Shown: positions 31,185 to 41,582, numbered from the stretch's first letter. The stretch: DNA of 64,000 nt from Desulfobacteraceae bacterium (GCA_003818505.1 RPRI01000025.1:3072-67071); one strand, 5' to 3'. A program made the numbers and translations. The notes: generated by a model not told the origin, from the letters alone.

Positions 31185-32018
31185 TCAACATATTGCATCA
31201 ACAACAAAAACTCTCCACCTGCGATTTTGCGAAAGGACAGTCCCTGCATTGATTGCGCTGTCATTATCGGGAAAAAGGCCGAATACAGAAGCCCCGCTTC
31301 CTGACATTAAAACACCTGCCGCTCCTTGTTTAAGAATGGCCTCTTTAGCCTCATTAATTTCAGGATATTTTGAAATAACAGCGGATTCGAGATCATTGCA
31401 AAGAAGCTTGGCATCAAATTGCTGTATAAAAGCAGATTCTCTAAGATTATTTTTACAATTTGTCAATCTCAAATTCAGATTATTATATACCTCCTTCGTT
31501 AATACCCCAAATCCCGGGAATACAATCAGTATCTTATAAGGCAGTTTCAGAGGATATTCCTCCAGCTTTTCACCTATTCCGGTTGCTAAAGCAGGTTTTT
31601 TATACAAAAAAAAAGGAACATCAGCCCCGATTTCGAGTCCCATGGCCATTATCTCTTCAACGGGGAAAGGATTGCCGAACCATCTGTTTAAACCCGATAG
31701 GACAGCAGCGGCATTGCTGCTGCCTCCACCAAGTCCCGCTCCTGCCGGAATATTTTTTTCAATATGTATCCTTACTCCTTCGTTTTGCCTGAATTTCCTG
31801 AAAAAAAGATACGCAGCCTTCAGGGCATGGTTCCTTTCATCACAAGGAATTTCAGGATCAGTGCATGTAACAGATGCAATGCCTCCGCCAAAATCAAAAG
31901 ATATAATATCATAAAGGCTCACACAGCACATTAAAGATACAATATCATGGTATCCATCCGGTCTTTTCCCGGAAACATGCAGAAACAGGTTTATCTTTGC
32001 AGGCGACAATATTCTCAA
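31185..32018 (-). CDS. ispE: 4-diphosphocytidyl-2-C-methyl-D-erythritol kinase
   Basis: SPAKINLFL, GAGLGGGSSNAA, GADVPFF, MSGSG. Confidence 0.96.
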   Translation of the reverse strand: MRILSPAKINLFLHVSGKRPDGYHDIVSLMCCVSLYDIISFDFGGGIASVTCTDPEIPCDERNHALKAAYLFFRKFRQNEGVRIHIEKNIPAGAGLGGGSSNAAAVLSGLNRWFGNPFPVEEIMAMGLEIGADVPFFLYKKPALATGIGEKLEEYPLKLPYKILIVFPGFGVLTKEVYNNLNLRLTNCKNNLRESAFIQQFDAKLLCNDLESAVISKYPEINEAKEAILKQGAAGVLMSGSGASVFGLFPDNDSAINAGTVLSQNRRWRVFVVDAIC

Positions 32019-32238
32019 ATAACGACTCTTTCCCTGGTGCCTCTGTGCTCTTGCCTCTATTAGTTTCTGGTCTCTGGTTCATGGTTCGTTATTCGATTAA
32101 CTATCCACGATTATCGATCTTTCCCATGACCCCCTGGATCCTCGAATCCTTTGTCTTTATCCTTTACACCTTACGTCTTTTCCTCCGCTCGTACATCGAT
32201 ATTCCATTTTCGATACCCGTCTTACGCTTTTTCACTCC
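32019..32238 (-). repeat. Composite repeat spacer (degP-ispE)
   Basis: GCGTAAG, GAATATCG, GGATTCGA, ATCGTGG/AACGAAC, ACCAGAG, GCACAGAG blocks in series. Confidence 0.85.
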
Positions 32239-33774
32239 TCACTTCGTCAGCTTGGCAATAAGAAATCCTACCTTCGACCTCCAGAGGAAAATATAAAAGG
32301 ATTCGCCTTTTTTTATCTTTCCAATGGCTTCAGCATAATCTTTTACCGATTTTACAGCCTGACGATTAACCTCTCTAATTATGTCACCCGGTTCTATCCC
32401 AGCTTCGGCACCTTCCCCGCCTGAATCAACCCCGACAACAATTATACCCTCTTTTTCAGTTATGCCAAAACGTTTGGCAATCTCAGGTGTCAGATTAGCA
32501 ACCCGGATGCCTGTTTCATCCGGTTGTCCTTTCATTGAATCTCCTGTGGATGCAATTTTTTCATCCATTCTTTTTGCTACTTCCACATTAAAAGTCTTTT
32601 CCTTTCCATCACGCAATACACTGATTTTAGCAATTTTGCCCACTCCTATATCAGCAACCATTTTTAAAAGGGTCCTTCTTGATTCAATTTTTTGGCCGTT
32701 AATCTCAACGATGATATCCTTTGGCCTGATCCCCGCTCTATCAGCAGGATCTCCCGGGATAACGTCTGAAACGAGGACGCCTTTCCCATCTTTAATTCCC
32801 ATATATTCAGCAAGATCGGACGGAAGATCCTGGATTGTCACGCCAAGCCATCCCCTTGTAACATCTCCGTATTTCTTCAATTGTTCAACGATTCCCTTAA
32901 CCTGATTTATCGGGATCGCAAATCCGATGCCCTGTCCGCCTGCTATTATGATCGTATTGACGCCAATAACCTCTCCGCTCATATTTAATAGCGGACCGCC
33001 GCTGTTGCCCGGATTAATAGAAGCATCAGTTTGAATGTAATCATCATAAGGACCAGAGCCTATTACACGTCCTTTCGCGCTTACTATCCCTGCTGTAACT
33101 GTATGCTCAAGACCAAACGGACTTCCTATCGCAAGAACCCACTGCCCTACCTTCAGGGCATCCGAATCGCCTGTTTTTAAAACCGGGAGATCATATCCCG
33201 GTTTTATCTTGATAAGCGCAAGATCAGTATTGGGATCAAGTCCGACAGTTTCGGCTTCAAATTCCTTCTCGTTTTTTAATATAACTTTTATTTTATCGGC
33301 ATTTTCCACAACGTGATTATTTGTAACTATGTAACCATCTTTATCAATTATAAATCCTGAACCAAGGCTCCGCTGTTTAAATTCTTTCGGTTGATTCTGA
33401 TTAAAGAATTTATTAAAAAAATCCTCCATTGAGTCATCTTCACCGAACGGTCCTTTGTGAAACTGTCGGAAAATATTTCCTGTTTTCTCGGTTCTAACCG
33501 TCCTGATATTTACTACTGCCGGACTGGCCATTTCCGCCAATTCACTGAAACTTTCAGGAATCATCATGACCCCAGCCGGTTTTGACCCTGTAACAGACGG
33601 AACCATTCCTGCAAGTGAACTGCCAGATCCGCCTCTTTTTGCCTTGTCGTCCGAAACAGAATTGAAACATGAAACACCTATAATAACCATTACGAGGAAT
33701 AAAACCATGAAAACGGCTCTTCGCCGCGTAATTGAATTTATCAATCTATTTATCCACATATAAATCTCCTTCAC
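32239..33774 (-). CDS. DegP/DegQ (Do) serine protease with two PDZ domains
   Basis: GSGFII, TNNHV, DLAL, INPGNSGGPL; start uncertain. Confidence 0.92.
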   Translation of the reverse strand: MKEIYMWINRLINSITRRRAVFMVLFLVMVIIGVSCFNSVSDDKAKRGGSGSSLAGMVPSVTGSKPAGVMMIPESFSELAEMASPAVVNIRTVRTEKTGNIFRQFHKGPFGEDDSMEDFFNKFFNQNQPKEFKQRSLGSGFIIDKDGYIVTNNHVVENADKIKVILKNEKEFEAETVGLDPNTDLALIKIKPGYDLPVLKTGDSDALKVGQWVLAIGSPFGLEHTVTAGIVSAKGRVIGSGPYDDYIQTDASINPGNSGGPLLNMSGEVIGVNTIIIAGGQGIGFAIPINQVKGIVEQLKKYGDVTRGWLGVTIQDLPSDLAEYMGIKDGKGVLVSDVIPGDPADRAGIRPKDIIVEINGQKIESRRTLLKMVADIGVGKIAKISVLRDGKEKTFNVEVAKRMDEKIASTGDSMKGQPDETGIRVANLTPEIAKRFGITEKEGIIVVGVDSGGEGAEAGIEPGDIIREVNRQAVKSVKDYAEAIGKIKKGESFYIFLWRSKVGFLIAKLTK

Positions 33775-34187
33775 TTCTTTTCCTTCACATAGATTATCCT
33801 TAAATCATAAAGTATGTTTTTCAGCATGCTTTCTTCGTCTTTGGATAAATTTCCCTGTGTTTTTTCTTCAAGCAAACACAGGATATCGATAGTCTGTTTT
33901 GCCATAGAAAGATTAATTTCTTTTTTTCCGTTAGCTGGATTATCAAGAATACCGAGATTCACCAGAGCAGATGCATTAAGAGACATGATAAAGGTTGGAA
34001 AATTAATTTCAGGCAAACAGGCCTCCGCCTCTTTTGCATCCGATTTTCCTGCCGTAGGAACCTCTTCTTTCGGCTCCTTTTTTGTTGTCTCCTGAGTATT
34101 CTCCTTCTCTACTTTCTCCTTATCCGGATTTTCCTGAGAAAAAATTCTCCGGTCTTTTATTATAAAGTCTTTTTTTTCTTCCGGCAT
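33771..34187 (-). CDS. DUF1844-like protein
   Basis: LPEINFPTFIMSL...AKQTIDILCLLEEKTQGNL; ATG 34187 after AAGGAG. Confidence 0.75.
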   Translation of the reverse strand: MPEEKKDFIIKDRRIFSQENPDKEKVEKENTQETTKKEPKEEVPTAGKSDAKEAEACLPEINFPTFIMSLNASALVNLGILDNPANGKKEINLSMAKQTIDILCLLEEKTQGNLSKDEESMLKNILYDLRIIYVKEKK

Positions 34188-34290
34188 ATTATTCTCCTTT
34201 CGTGATTCGCGGTTCGACTCACACTTCACGACTAAAGACTTTCATCTTCAGCATTCACACCTTACGCCTTTCGTCCCAAGCTTTTTCCCT

Positions 34291-35871
34291 CTATAATTCA
34301 AGCGGTATCACGGTTTTTACAAGCGGAAGCGCTCTCAATTCCTCAAGAACAGGTTCGGGGATAGGAGAGTCGGTCTTGAGCAGAATAATATTTCTCTCTC
34401 CTTCTTCTTCTTGCCCAACCTGCATCCTTCCGATATTTATCTTGTGTTTGCCCAAAGTTGTTCCTATGCTGCCGATAGCGCCAGGTTTATCAAGATTGTG
34501 AATAAGGGCAAGATGTCCGCTTGGATGCATCTCAAGTCTGAAGTTGTTTATCCTTACGATTCTTTCATCTTTCTTCCCGAATATAGTGCCTGCTATCGTA
34601 ACCGGTTTATCTGAGGTAACTCCCTTAACGGTTATAAGATTTGTAAAATCCTCTGATTCGGCGCTTGTCGTTTCCGTTACCTTTATGCCTCTCTCCTTTG
34701 CAATGAAATTAGCATTTACGAAATTCACATCATCCTTGACTATGGGCACAAGTAGGCCTCTTAAAACAGCAGTCGTAACCGGAGACATGTCAAGCCCTCC
34801 GAAATCGCCTGTGTACTCTATAATGATTTCTTTTAGAGGCCCTGATGAAAGTTGGGCAAGAAGGCCGCCCATCTTGTCTGCAAGGGAAAGAAACGGACCG
34901 ATTTTTTTCAGAAGTTCTCCGGTAATCGAAGGAACATTAACAGCATTTACTATTGTGCCGTTCTTTAAGTAGTCAATTATCTGGCCTGCAACAGCAGAAG
35001 CAACATTTGCCTGAGCTTCCTGTGTTGAAGCTCCGAGATGCGGTGTGCATATTACCCTGTCCAGCTCAAACAAAGGAGACATTCCCGGCGGTTCTTTCTC
35101 AAAAACATCCAGCGCGGCCCCGGCAACCTTACCTGATTTTAAGGCGTCATAAAGGTCGGCTTCATTTATAATTCCGCCACGGGCACAGTTAATTATCATG
35201 ACTCCGTCCTTCATCTTGTCAAATGCTTTCTTGTTAAGCATGCCCAAAGTATCCTTTAATTTCGGAACATGGACGGTAATATAATCGGACTTTCGATATA
35301 ATTCATCAAGGGAGACACCCGTATATCCTGCCTTTTCCACCCTTTCAGGAGTCACAAACGGATCGTAGACTATGACCTGCATTTTAAGACCACGGGCACG
35401 GTCCGCTACAATGGAGCCTATCTTCCCGAGACCAATAATCCCAAGAACTTTTTTGAACAGCTCGCGGCCTTCAAGGTTCTTCTTTTCCCACTTTCCCGCC
35501 TTGAGTGAAGACGTACCCCATGGGATATTTCTTGTAAGAGCCATCATCATGGCAATTGCGTGCTCGGCGGTTGTGATAACGTTTCCTCCCGGAGTATTCA
35601 TTACAACTACCCCGTGCTTGGTAGCAGCAGGTATATCAACATTATCAAGACCGATTCCGGCACGACCTACTACCTTCAAACGTTTAGCAGCGCTTAAAAG
35701 ATCCGCCGTAACCTTTGTGGCGCTTCTTATCACAAGGGCATCATACTCACCTATAATGTTTTTCTGATCTTCAGGAGATAACCCCGGTTTGACATCAACG
35801 TCAATCCCCTCTTCCTTACGAAACATCTCAATGCCAATTGAATCCAGATTGTCACTTACAAGTACTTTCAT
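34291..35871 (-). CDS. serA: D-3-phosphoglycerate dehydrogenase
   Basis: RAGIGLDNVD, GLGKIG, NCARGG, TPHLGAST, ASB and ACT domains. Confidence 0.96.
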   Translation of the reverse strand: MKVLVSDNLDSIGIEMFRKEEGIDVDVKPGLSPEDQKNIIGEYDALVIRSATKVTADLLSAAKRLKVVGRAGIGLDNVDIPAATKHGVVVMNTPGGNVITTAEHAIAMMMALTRNIPWGTSSLKAGKWEKKNLEGRELFKKVLGIIGLGKIGSIVADRARGLKMQVIVYDPFVTPERVEKAGYTGVSLDELYRKSDYITVHVPKLKDTLGMLNKKAFDKMKDGVMIINCARGGIINEADLYDALKSGKVAGAALDVFEKEPPGMSPLFELDRVICTPHLGASTQEAQANVASAVAGQIIDYLKNGTIVNAVNVPSITGELLKKIGPFLSLADKMGGLLAQLSSGPLKEIIIEYTGDFGGLDMSPVTTAVLRGLLVPIVKDDVNFVNANFIAKERGIKVTETTSAESEDFTNLITVKGVTSDKPVTIAGTIFGKKDERIVRINNFRLEMHPSGHLALIHNLDKPGAIGSIGTTLGKHKINIGRMQVGQEEEGERNIILLKTDSPIPEPVLEELRALPLVKTVIPLEL

Positions 35872-36027
35872 GATTTTCCCCTTTCAGTCTATTTACCTTT
35901 ATGAAAATGCGATAAATCCAAAAAATATTATCAGCCTGTTTGTGGGTTTTTCAGCCTTAATTAGAAAAAAATTAGTATCGATTAAACAACTATTTATAAT
36001 TATGTTAACGATGTGTTTTTACGGTAG

Positions 36028-36056
36028 AATATAAGGTATCTGTTTCCGATTGTCAA
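36028..36056 (-). promoter_or_regulatory. Putative sigma70 promoter of serA
   Basis: Minus strand TTGACA-17 bp-TATATT. Confidence 0.6.
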
Positions 36057-36182
36057 ATTCCCGTAAAACAAGTGGCAGGCAATAGTCGTTAGAGAATACT
36101 ATGCCAACTGCCTGTTGCCCTTTTCGTGCCTCTCAGCTAAAGCCTCACGCCTTACAACTTTCCCTTTTCCGCTCTTTCTGCA

Positions 36183-37001
36183 TCATATAATCCCGGATTT
36201 TTTGAGAAAATATTCAATATCTTCCCAAAAAAGAAGAGGGTCTGGCGGACAGTCATTATGCCCGCAATCATAGGCGATCATTTTACTGTTTCGAGCCGCC
36301 TTTGAAAGTCCAACCCCATGGCTGAACGGAATAATCTCATCCCTTTTACCGTGTATAATCAATACAGGCCCTGAATAGGCCTTGACCGCCTCAAGATTGT
36401 CAAACGGATCACGCATCAGGAAACCAGGAACAAAATATTTTGGGGCAAAAGATCTAACACTTATAAATGTGGACATAATTATAAGTGCCGCACAAGGACG
36501 TATTTTCGAAAGAGCACAGACCGCTCCTCCCCCTATTGAGCGCCCGAGAAACACTATTCGGGAAGGGTCCACTCCATTTTCAGCCGTAATAAAATCATAA
36601 GCGGAAACAAACGAATCCGTAATGCTATTTTGAGACGGATAGCCTTCAGAACGACCATACCCTGGATATTCAACAAGCAGCACACCCACCCCAAGTTTCG
36701 CAAAACCCCTCAATTCTTCGGGCCAGAAATCTATCAATTCTCCGTTACCGTGGGCAAATATTACCGCAGGAGCAGGTTTGCCCGCAGAATCTGAAACAGG
36801 AGGCATATACCATGCTTCAACCTTGCCGGAGCCGGTTTCAAGAATAATCTTTTGAATTCCGGGAACCGGCACCTTTTCCTGCGCTATGTTTTCGATCATG
36901 TATCGCGGGAAAAGAACCTGTCTTTGCAAAATGAAAATCAGACCACAGTAAGCAAAATAGATAAGAACAAGCGCTGCAGCCAATTTGAAAATAATGTGCA
37001 T
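36183..37001 (-). CDS. Alpha/beta hydrolase (ABHD13/YhcX-like)
   Basis: HGNG, YPGYG, GRSIGG nucleophile elbow, HGKRDE, GHND; ATG 37001 preferred. Confidence 0.85.
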   Translation of the reverse strand: MHIIFKLAAALVLIYFAYCGLIFILQRQVLFPRYMIENIAQEKVPVPGIQKIILETGSGKVEAWYMPPVSDSAGKPAPAVIFAHGNGELIDFWPEELRGFAKLGVGVLLVEYPGYGRSEGYPSQNSITDSFVSAYDFITAENGVDPSRIVFLGRSIGGGAVCALSKIRPCAALIIMSTFISVRSFAPKYFVPGFLMRDPFDNLEAVKAYSGPVLIIHGKRDEIIPFSHGVGLSKAARNSKMIAYDCGHNDCPPDPLLFWEDIEYFLKKSGII

Positions 37002-37145
37002 CGGAAACACCCCTTTCCAGTTTAACGTAAAAACTATGTTGACTATACAGGATAAATAAATATATGCCAATAAAGAAGACCGGAGATCTTCGCATTAGAT
37101 CTGACAGACAGCGCGCAGGATCTGTTTGTACGAAAGGATGAACTT

Positions 37146-38165
37146 ATGAAAGATCCTTCAAACCGCAACGTATCGACACCAGAAGATATTCAAAGGATCG
37201 CGACAGCTTTTCAGCAGAGTCGGGTTCTTTTAACCGCTGTTGAACTTGACCTTTTTACTGCTATCGGGAACAAAAGCCTCTCATCTGAAAATATTGCATC
37301 AAAAATCGGCACAGGCTTCAGGGCAACAGACAGACTGCTGAATGCACTCTGTGCAATTGGTCTTGTTTCAAAGAAAAATAAGCTTTTCTCAAATACACCT
37401 TCTGCTGTAAAATTTCTGATTAAACATAAAAAGAGATACATGGCCGGCCTTATGCACACGGCCGGTTTGTGGAAAAAATGGCACACTCTCACAGATGCGG
37501 TAAAAAAGGGAAGCAGGACTACTCCGGACCCGATAAAAAAAAGAGATCCCGAATGGTTTGAGGCTTTTATTGCGGCTATGCACTACAGGGCCACTGCAAG
37601 CGCTTCCCGGATGATTGCCATGCTCGATCTTTCAACAGTATCAAGAGTACTTGATATAGGAGGTGGATCAGGAGCATATGCTATGGCTTTTGTCCGCGCA
37701 AGAAAAGAGATAACCGCAACGATATTTGATCTTCCGAATGTCATTACCCTTACAAAACATTATGTTGTCGAAGCAGGACTTCTTGACAGGATTAATTTTG
37801 CCAGCGGCGACTATAATAAGGATGTCTTTGGTAAAGGTTTCGATCTTGCTTTTATTTCAGCAATAATCCACATAAATTCCCCTGAAAAAAATCAGTCTCT
37901 CATGGATAAGGCAGCAAAAGCACTAAAACCGGGCGGCCAGGTGGTAATCCAGGATTTCATCATGGAAAATGACAGAACATCTCCGCCTTTTGGAACCTTT
38001 TTTGCCTTAAATATGCTGGTTGGAACAGAAGACGGGGATACCTACACGGAAGCGGAAGTGAAATCATGGCTTAAAAAATCAGGTTTTACAGGCATCCGGA
38101 GACTTGAGGAAGAAGGACCCGTCTCAACGATAGTCGCAAGGAAGAAAAAAATTACGGCTTTGTAA
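37146..38165 (+). CDS. Class I SAM O-methyltransferase with dimerisation domain
   Basis: VLLTAVELDLF, LDIGGGSG, FDLP, LKPGG. Confidence 0.88.
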   Translation: MKDPSNRNVSTPEDIQRIATAFQQSRVLLTAVELDLFTAIGNKSLSSENIASKIGTGFRATDRLLNALCAIGLVSKKNKLFSNTPSAVKFLIKHKKRYMAGLMHTAGLWKKWHTLTDAVKKGSRTTPDPIKKRDPEWFEAFIAAMHYRATASASRMIAMLDLSTVSRVLDIGGGSGAYAMAFVRARKEITATIFDLPNVITLTKHYVVEAGLLDRINFASGDYNKDVFGKGFDLAFISAIIHINSPEKNQSLMDKAAKALKPGGQVVIQDFIMENDRTSPPFGTFFALNMLVGTEDGDTYTEAEVKSWLKKSGFTGIRRLEEEGPVSTIVARKKKITAL

Positions 38166-38277
38166 AAAATCATTCTGGTGTGTTGCGCTTCTTCTTTCTT
38201 CATTGCAGCGTACCAAAAAGTTCGCTTCATTCCTCAAGATTCGCGCGCCTTGCATAATGAGCTTTTTACTTTGCCGT
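38154..38277. mobile_element. MITE/REP-like palindromic element that supplies the methyltransferase stop codon
   Basis: Ends ACGGC-TTT-GTAAAAA-ATCATT and AATGA-GC-TTTTTAC-TTT-GCCGT are inverted. Confidence 0.6.
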
Positions 38278-38315
38278 TTGAATTTGGACTTCAAACACAA
38301 CTTGTCAATTATGAT

Positions 38316-38497
38316 TAACTCGTTGGAAGTCATATGCGAACGGATTTGAGATTTCTGGGAAACAGATTTTAAAGAACTGAGCGTTAAAAATCACAAGCCC
38401 TTGAGGTCGTCAGCCCAAACCTTCTTGTGATTTAGCGAAGTGATTTAAAAATCCCCAAAAAGTTTATTAAGAGAGCATATTAAGACTTCCAAATAGT
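38316..38497. mobile_element. Second MITE-like nested palindrome
   Basis: TTGGAAGTC-ATATGC (38323-37) versus GCATAT-TAA-GACTTCCAA (38475-92); inner AAATCACAAG/CTTGTGATTT. Confidence 0.55.
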
Positions 38498-38542
38498 TCA
38501 ATATCCCCGATGAGTTTGTTGGAGGCCCAACAACAAATAATC

Positions 38543-39178
38543 TTACTCTGTTTTATCCTCATAGTCGCATAATTTCATTACCGGGCAATCCGGGCAAAGG
38601 GGTTTTCGTGCTTTGCATATCTCTCTTCCGAAATATATTAGATGCAGGCAGAAATCATTCCACTCTTTTTCCGGTATTATTTTCATAAGGTCAAATTCAA
38701 TCCTGACAGGATTCTTATTAACCGACAGGTCAAGGCGCTGCGATATTCTTGCCACATGGGTATCCACCACAACTCCAGGAATACCGAAAGCGGCGCCAAG
38801 AACAACGTTTGCAGTCTTACGCCCCACCCCGGGAAGCTGAGTAAGCTTCTCAAGATCAGCAGGAACTTTCCCGTTGAATTTCTCAATAATAGCCTTTGAG
38901 CAGTTAATAATATTCTTTGCCTTATTACGGAAATATCCTGTCGGTCGTATAAGCTGCTCAAGAATTTCGGGGGGCGCAACTGCAAAATCATAAGGAGTTT
39001 TAAGTTTCCCGAAAAGCGCCTTTGTGACAAAATTTACCTGTTTGTCAGTGCACTGTGCTGAAAGGATTGTCGCGACAAGGAGTTCGAAAGGATTTGCATA
39101 ATCGAGCTGAGTTCTGACATCAGGGTATCTTGATTTTAATATTTTTCTAATTTTTTCTGTACGTGCTGAGATTTTCAT
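38543..39178 (-). CDS. nth: Endonuclease III
   Basis: LSAQCTD, HhH LPGVGRKTAN, VDTH, C-x6-C-x2-C-x5-C. Confidence 0.96.
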   Translation of the reverse strand: MKISARTEKIRKILKSRYPDVRTQLDYANPFELLVATILSAQCTDKQVNFVTKALFGKLKTPYDFAVAPPEILEQLIRPTGYFRNKAKNIINCSKAIIEKFNGKVPADLEKLTQLPGVGRKTANVVLGAAFGIPGVVVDTHVARISQRLDLSVNKNPVRIEFDLMKIIPEKEWNDFCLHLIYFGREICKARKPLCPDCPVMKLCDYEDKTE

Positions 39179-39382
39179 ATTAGTATATATCCTTAAGTTT
39201 CTGACTGTTTCTTAAACAATATAATTATTACCACAACGGTCACGAAGAAAGAAATGGAATATATAATATTTTAAACTTCGTGTCCTTCGTGATCTTCGTG
39301 GTTTTATCAAATTATTAAGCTTTTACGACTTTTCATTTGTCCATCATAATTAATGGTTTCGTAAAATTTAAATTTATATACC

Positions 39383-40378
39383 ATGATAAACTGCCAAAGA
39401 AAAGTGCGTGCATTAGGCCTCTGTTCAGGCGGACTTGACAGTATACTGTCAGCATTGGTTCTGCGCAGACATAATTTGGAAGTTGAGTGGATAACCTTTG
39501 AAACCCCGTTTTTTTCATCTGAAAAGGCGATAAAAGCCTCAAAAACAGCCGGCATACCCCTGACCGTAAAAAATATTACAGAAGAATACCTGGAAATGCT
39601 GAAAAATCCACATTGCGGATACGGCCGATACATGAACCCATGCATGGACTGCCACGCACTCATGTTCAGGATTGCAGGCGGTATTATGAAAGAAAGAGAA
39701 TTTGATTTTCTTTTCAGCGGTGAAGTACTCGAACAGCGCCCCATGTCTCAGACATTATCTTCACTGCGTTACGTCGAAAAGCATTCCGGCTATGACGGAT
39801 ACATAGTAAGACCTTTAAGTGCAACAAGACTTCCTGTGACAATACCCGAAAAAAAGGGGATGATAAACAGAGAGTTTATGTTCGGATTTTCAGGAAGATC
39901 AAGAAAACCACAGGTTGCTCTTGCCGGAGAATTCGGAATTTATGATTATCCCAATCCAGCAGGCGGGTGTCTTCTGACCGATAAGGGATTCTCAAGGCGA
40001 TTAAAGGATCTTTTTGAACACCAGGAATGTTTTTCCGAAAATGAACTAAATATCCTGAGATACGGCAGGCATTTACGTTTGAATAAAAACACAAAAATCA
40101 TAGTCGGCAGGAATCAATCAGACAACGAGAATATTGAAAAGCTTTATAACCCGTCTACGGACATACTATTTAATGTAAAAGATTTTCCCGGCCCGACAAC
40201 GGTAATGCCTATCGGAGGAAAAAGGGAAATTGTTATTCTTGCGGCATCCATTTGTGCAGGATACGGCAGAGTTCCGGAATATTCACAAATCGATATAACT
40301 GCGCAAACACCTGATGGAAATGAGACAATAAAGGTACTCGCAATTCCACCAGGAAAGATAAGACATCTTATAATATAA
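39383..40378 (+). CDS. PP-loop tRNA thiouridylase-like protein (ThiI/MnmA-related)
   Basis: SGGLDS, NPCMDCH, GEVLEQRPMSQ, PAGGCLLT. Confidence 0.75.
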   Translation: MINCQRKVRALGLCSGGLDSILSALVLRRHNLEVEWITFETPFFSSEKAIKASKTAGIPLTVKNITEEYLEMLKNPHCGYGRYMNPCMDCHALMFRIAGGIMKEREFDFLFSGEVLEQRPMSQTLSSLRYVEKHSGYDGYIVRPLSATRLPVTIPEKKGMINREFMFGFSGRSRKPQVALAGEFGIYDYPNPAGGCLLTDKGFSRRLKDLFEHQECFSENELNILRYGRHLRLNKNTKIIVGRNQSDNENIEKLYNPSTDILFNVKDFPGPTTVMPIGGKREIVILAASICAGYGRVPEYSQIDITAQTPDGNETIKVLAIPPGKIRHLII

Positions 40379-40538
40379 TGGCTTTACAACTTATATGAGA
40401 ATGCATGAGTCAGAATACAGAAGAAAATCAATACCATGGTTATCCTGGCTCCTGACTCCCGGCTCTTGTATTCTCATGCTGAGTTGTGCTTGCACCGGTT
40501 ATGAGGGTTAGTTGGGAGAAAGGAGCCCGGGATTCCAG

Positions 40539-41582
40539 CTATATGCTTCTTGCGCGAAGCTGGCCGCATGCCGCCGATATATCCTCTCCCTTGCTTCTTC
40601 GGATTACAGTTGTATAATTTTTATTTATCAGAATTTCCTGAAAGGTTCTGATCGCAGTTTCTTCAGGCCTCCTGAATTCGCTCATTTCATGCTCATTAAA
40701 CGGGATAAGGTTTATTTTTGACTTAACAGGCCGGAGCAGCTTTGCCAGACGTTTTGCGTCATCGGAAGAATCATTTATACCCTTTATTAATATATACTCA
40801 AACGTTATCCTTTTTCGAGGTTTCAGGTCATATATCCGGCATGCTTCAATCAGCTCTTCAATGGGATACTTGCGGTTGACCGGCATAAGCATGTCTCTGG
40901 TTTTATTCTCGGATGCATTCAATGATACAGCCAGATTCACATTTGTATCCTTTCCAAGATTCTCAAGGAGAGGAACAAGGCCTGCTGTTGATACAGTAAC
41001 CTTTCGTGATGAAAAACCGAGGCCTGCATCATCTGAAGTAATCGTATCTATTGCATTTGCAACATTCCTGTAATTAGCAAGCGGTTCCCCCATCCCCATG
41101 AAAACAATGTTTGTAAGGCGAGAAGTATCTTCAAGATCATTTTGAATATCGCGTACCTGGGAAACTATTTCACTCTTTGTAAGGTTCCGGATAAAGCCAC
41201 CCCGTGCAGTCATGCAAAACCTGCATCCTTGGGCGCATCCAACCTGGCTTGATATGCATAGGGTATAATGATTTTTTTCAGGAATAAGTACGCTTTCGAT
41301 ATGATTTCCATCTTTTAATACAAACAGATATTTTTTTGAGCCGTCCTTTGATATCTCAATTCTCTTTTTTCCAAGACGGTCAAGGGTAAAGTTCTGCGAA
41401 ATAAACTTTCTTATATCAAGTCCGATGTCCGTCATCTCCTCGAAAGTATCCGCCTGTTTCAAATATACCCATTTTAAAATCTGAACCGCCCGGTAGGTTT
41501 TAATCCCATTTTCATCAAGCCAGACAGCGAGCTCATCTCTTGTCGGTTCAGTTATGTTTGTTTTAACTTGTTGATTTATCAT
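40539..41582 (-). CDS. rlmN: Dual-specificity RNA methyltransferase RlmN
   Basis: CISSQVGCAQGCRFC, MGMGEP, AACGQL. Confidence 0.96.
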   Translation of the reverse strand: MINQQVKTNITEPTRDELAVWLDENGIKTYRAVQILKWVYLKQADTFEEMTDIGLDIRKFISQNFTLDRLGKKRIEISKDGSKKYLFVLKDGNHIESVLIPEKNHYTLCISSQVGCAQGCRFCMTARGGFIRNLTKSEIVSQVRDIQNDLEDTSRLTNIVFMGMGEPLANYRNVANAIDTITSDDAGLGFSSRKVTVSTAGLVPLLENLGKDTNVNLAVSLNASENKTRDMLMPVNRKYPIEELIEACRIYDLKPRKRITFEYILIKGINDSSDDAKRLAKLLRPVKSKINLIPFNEHEMSEFRRPEETAIRTFQEILINKNYTTVIRRSKGEDISAACGQLRARSI

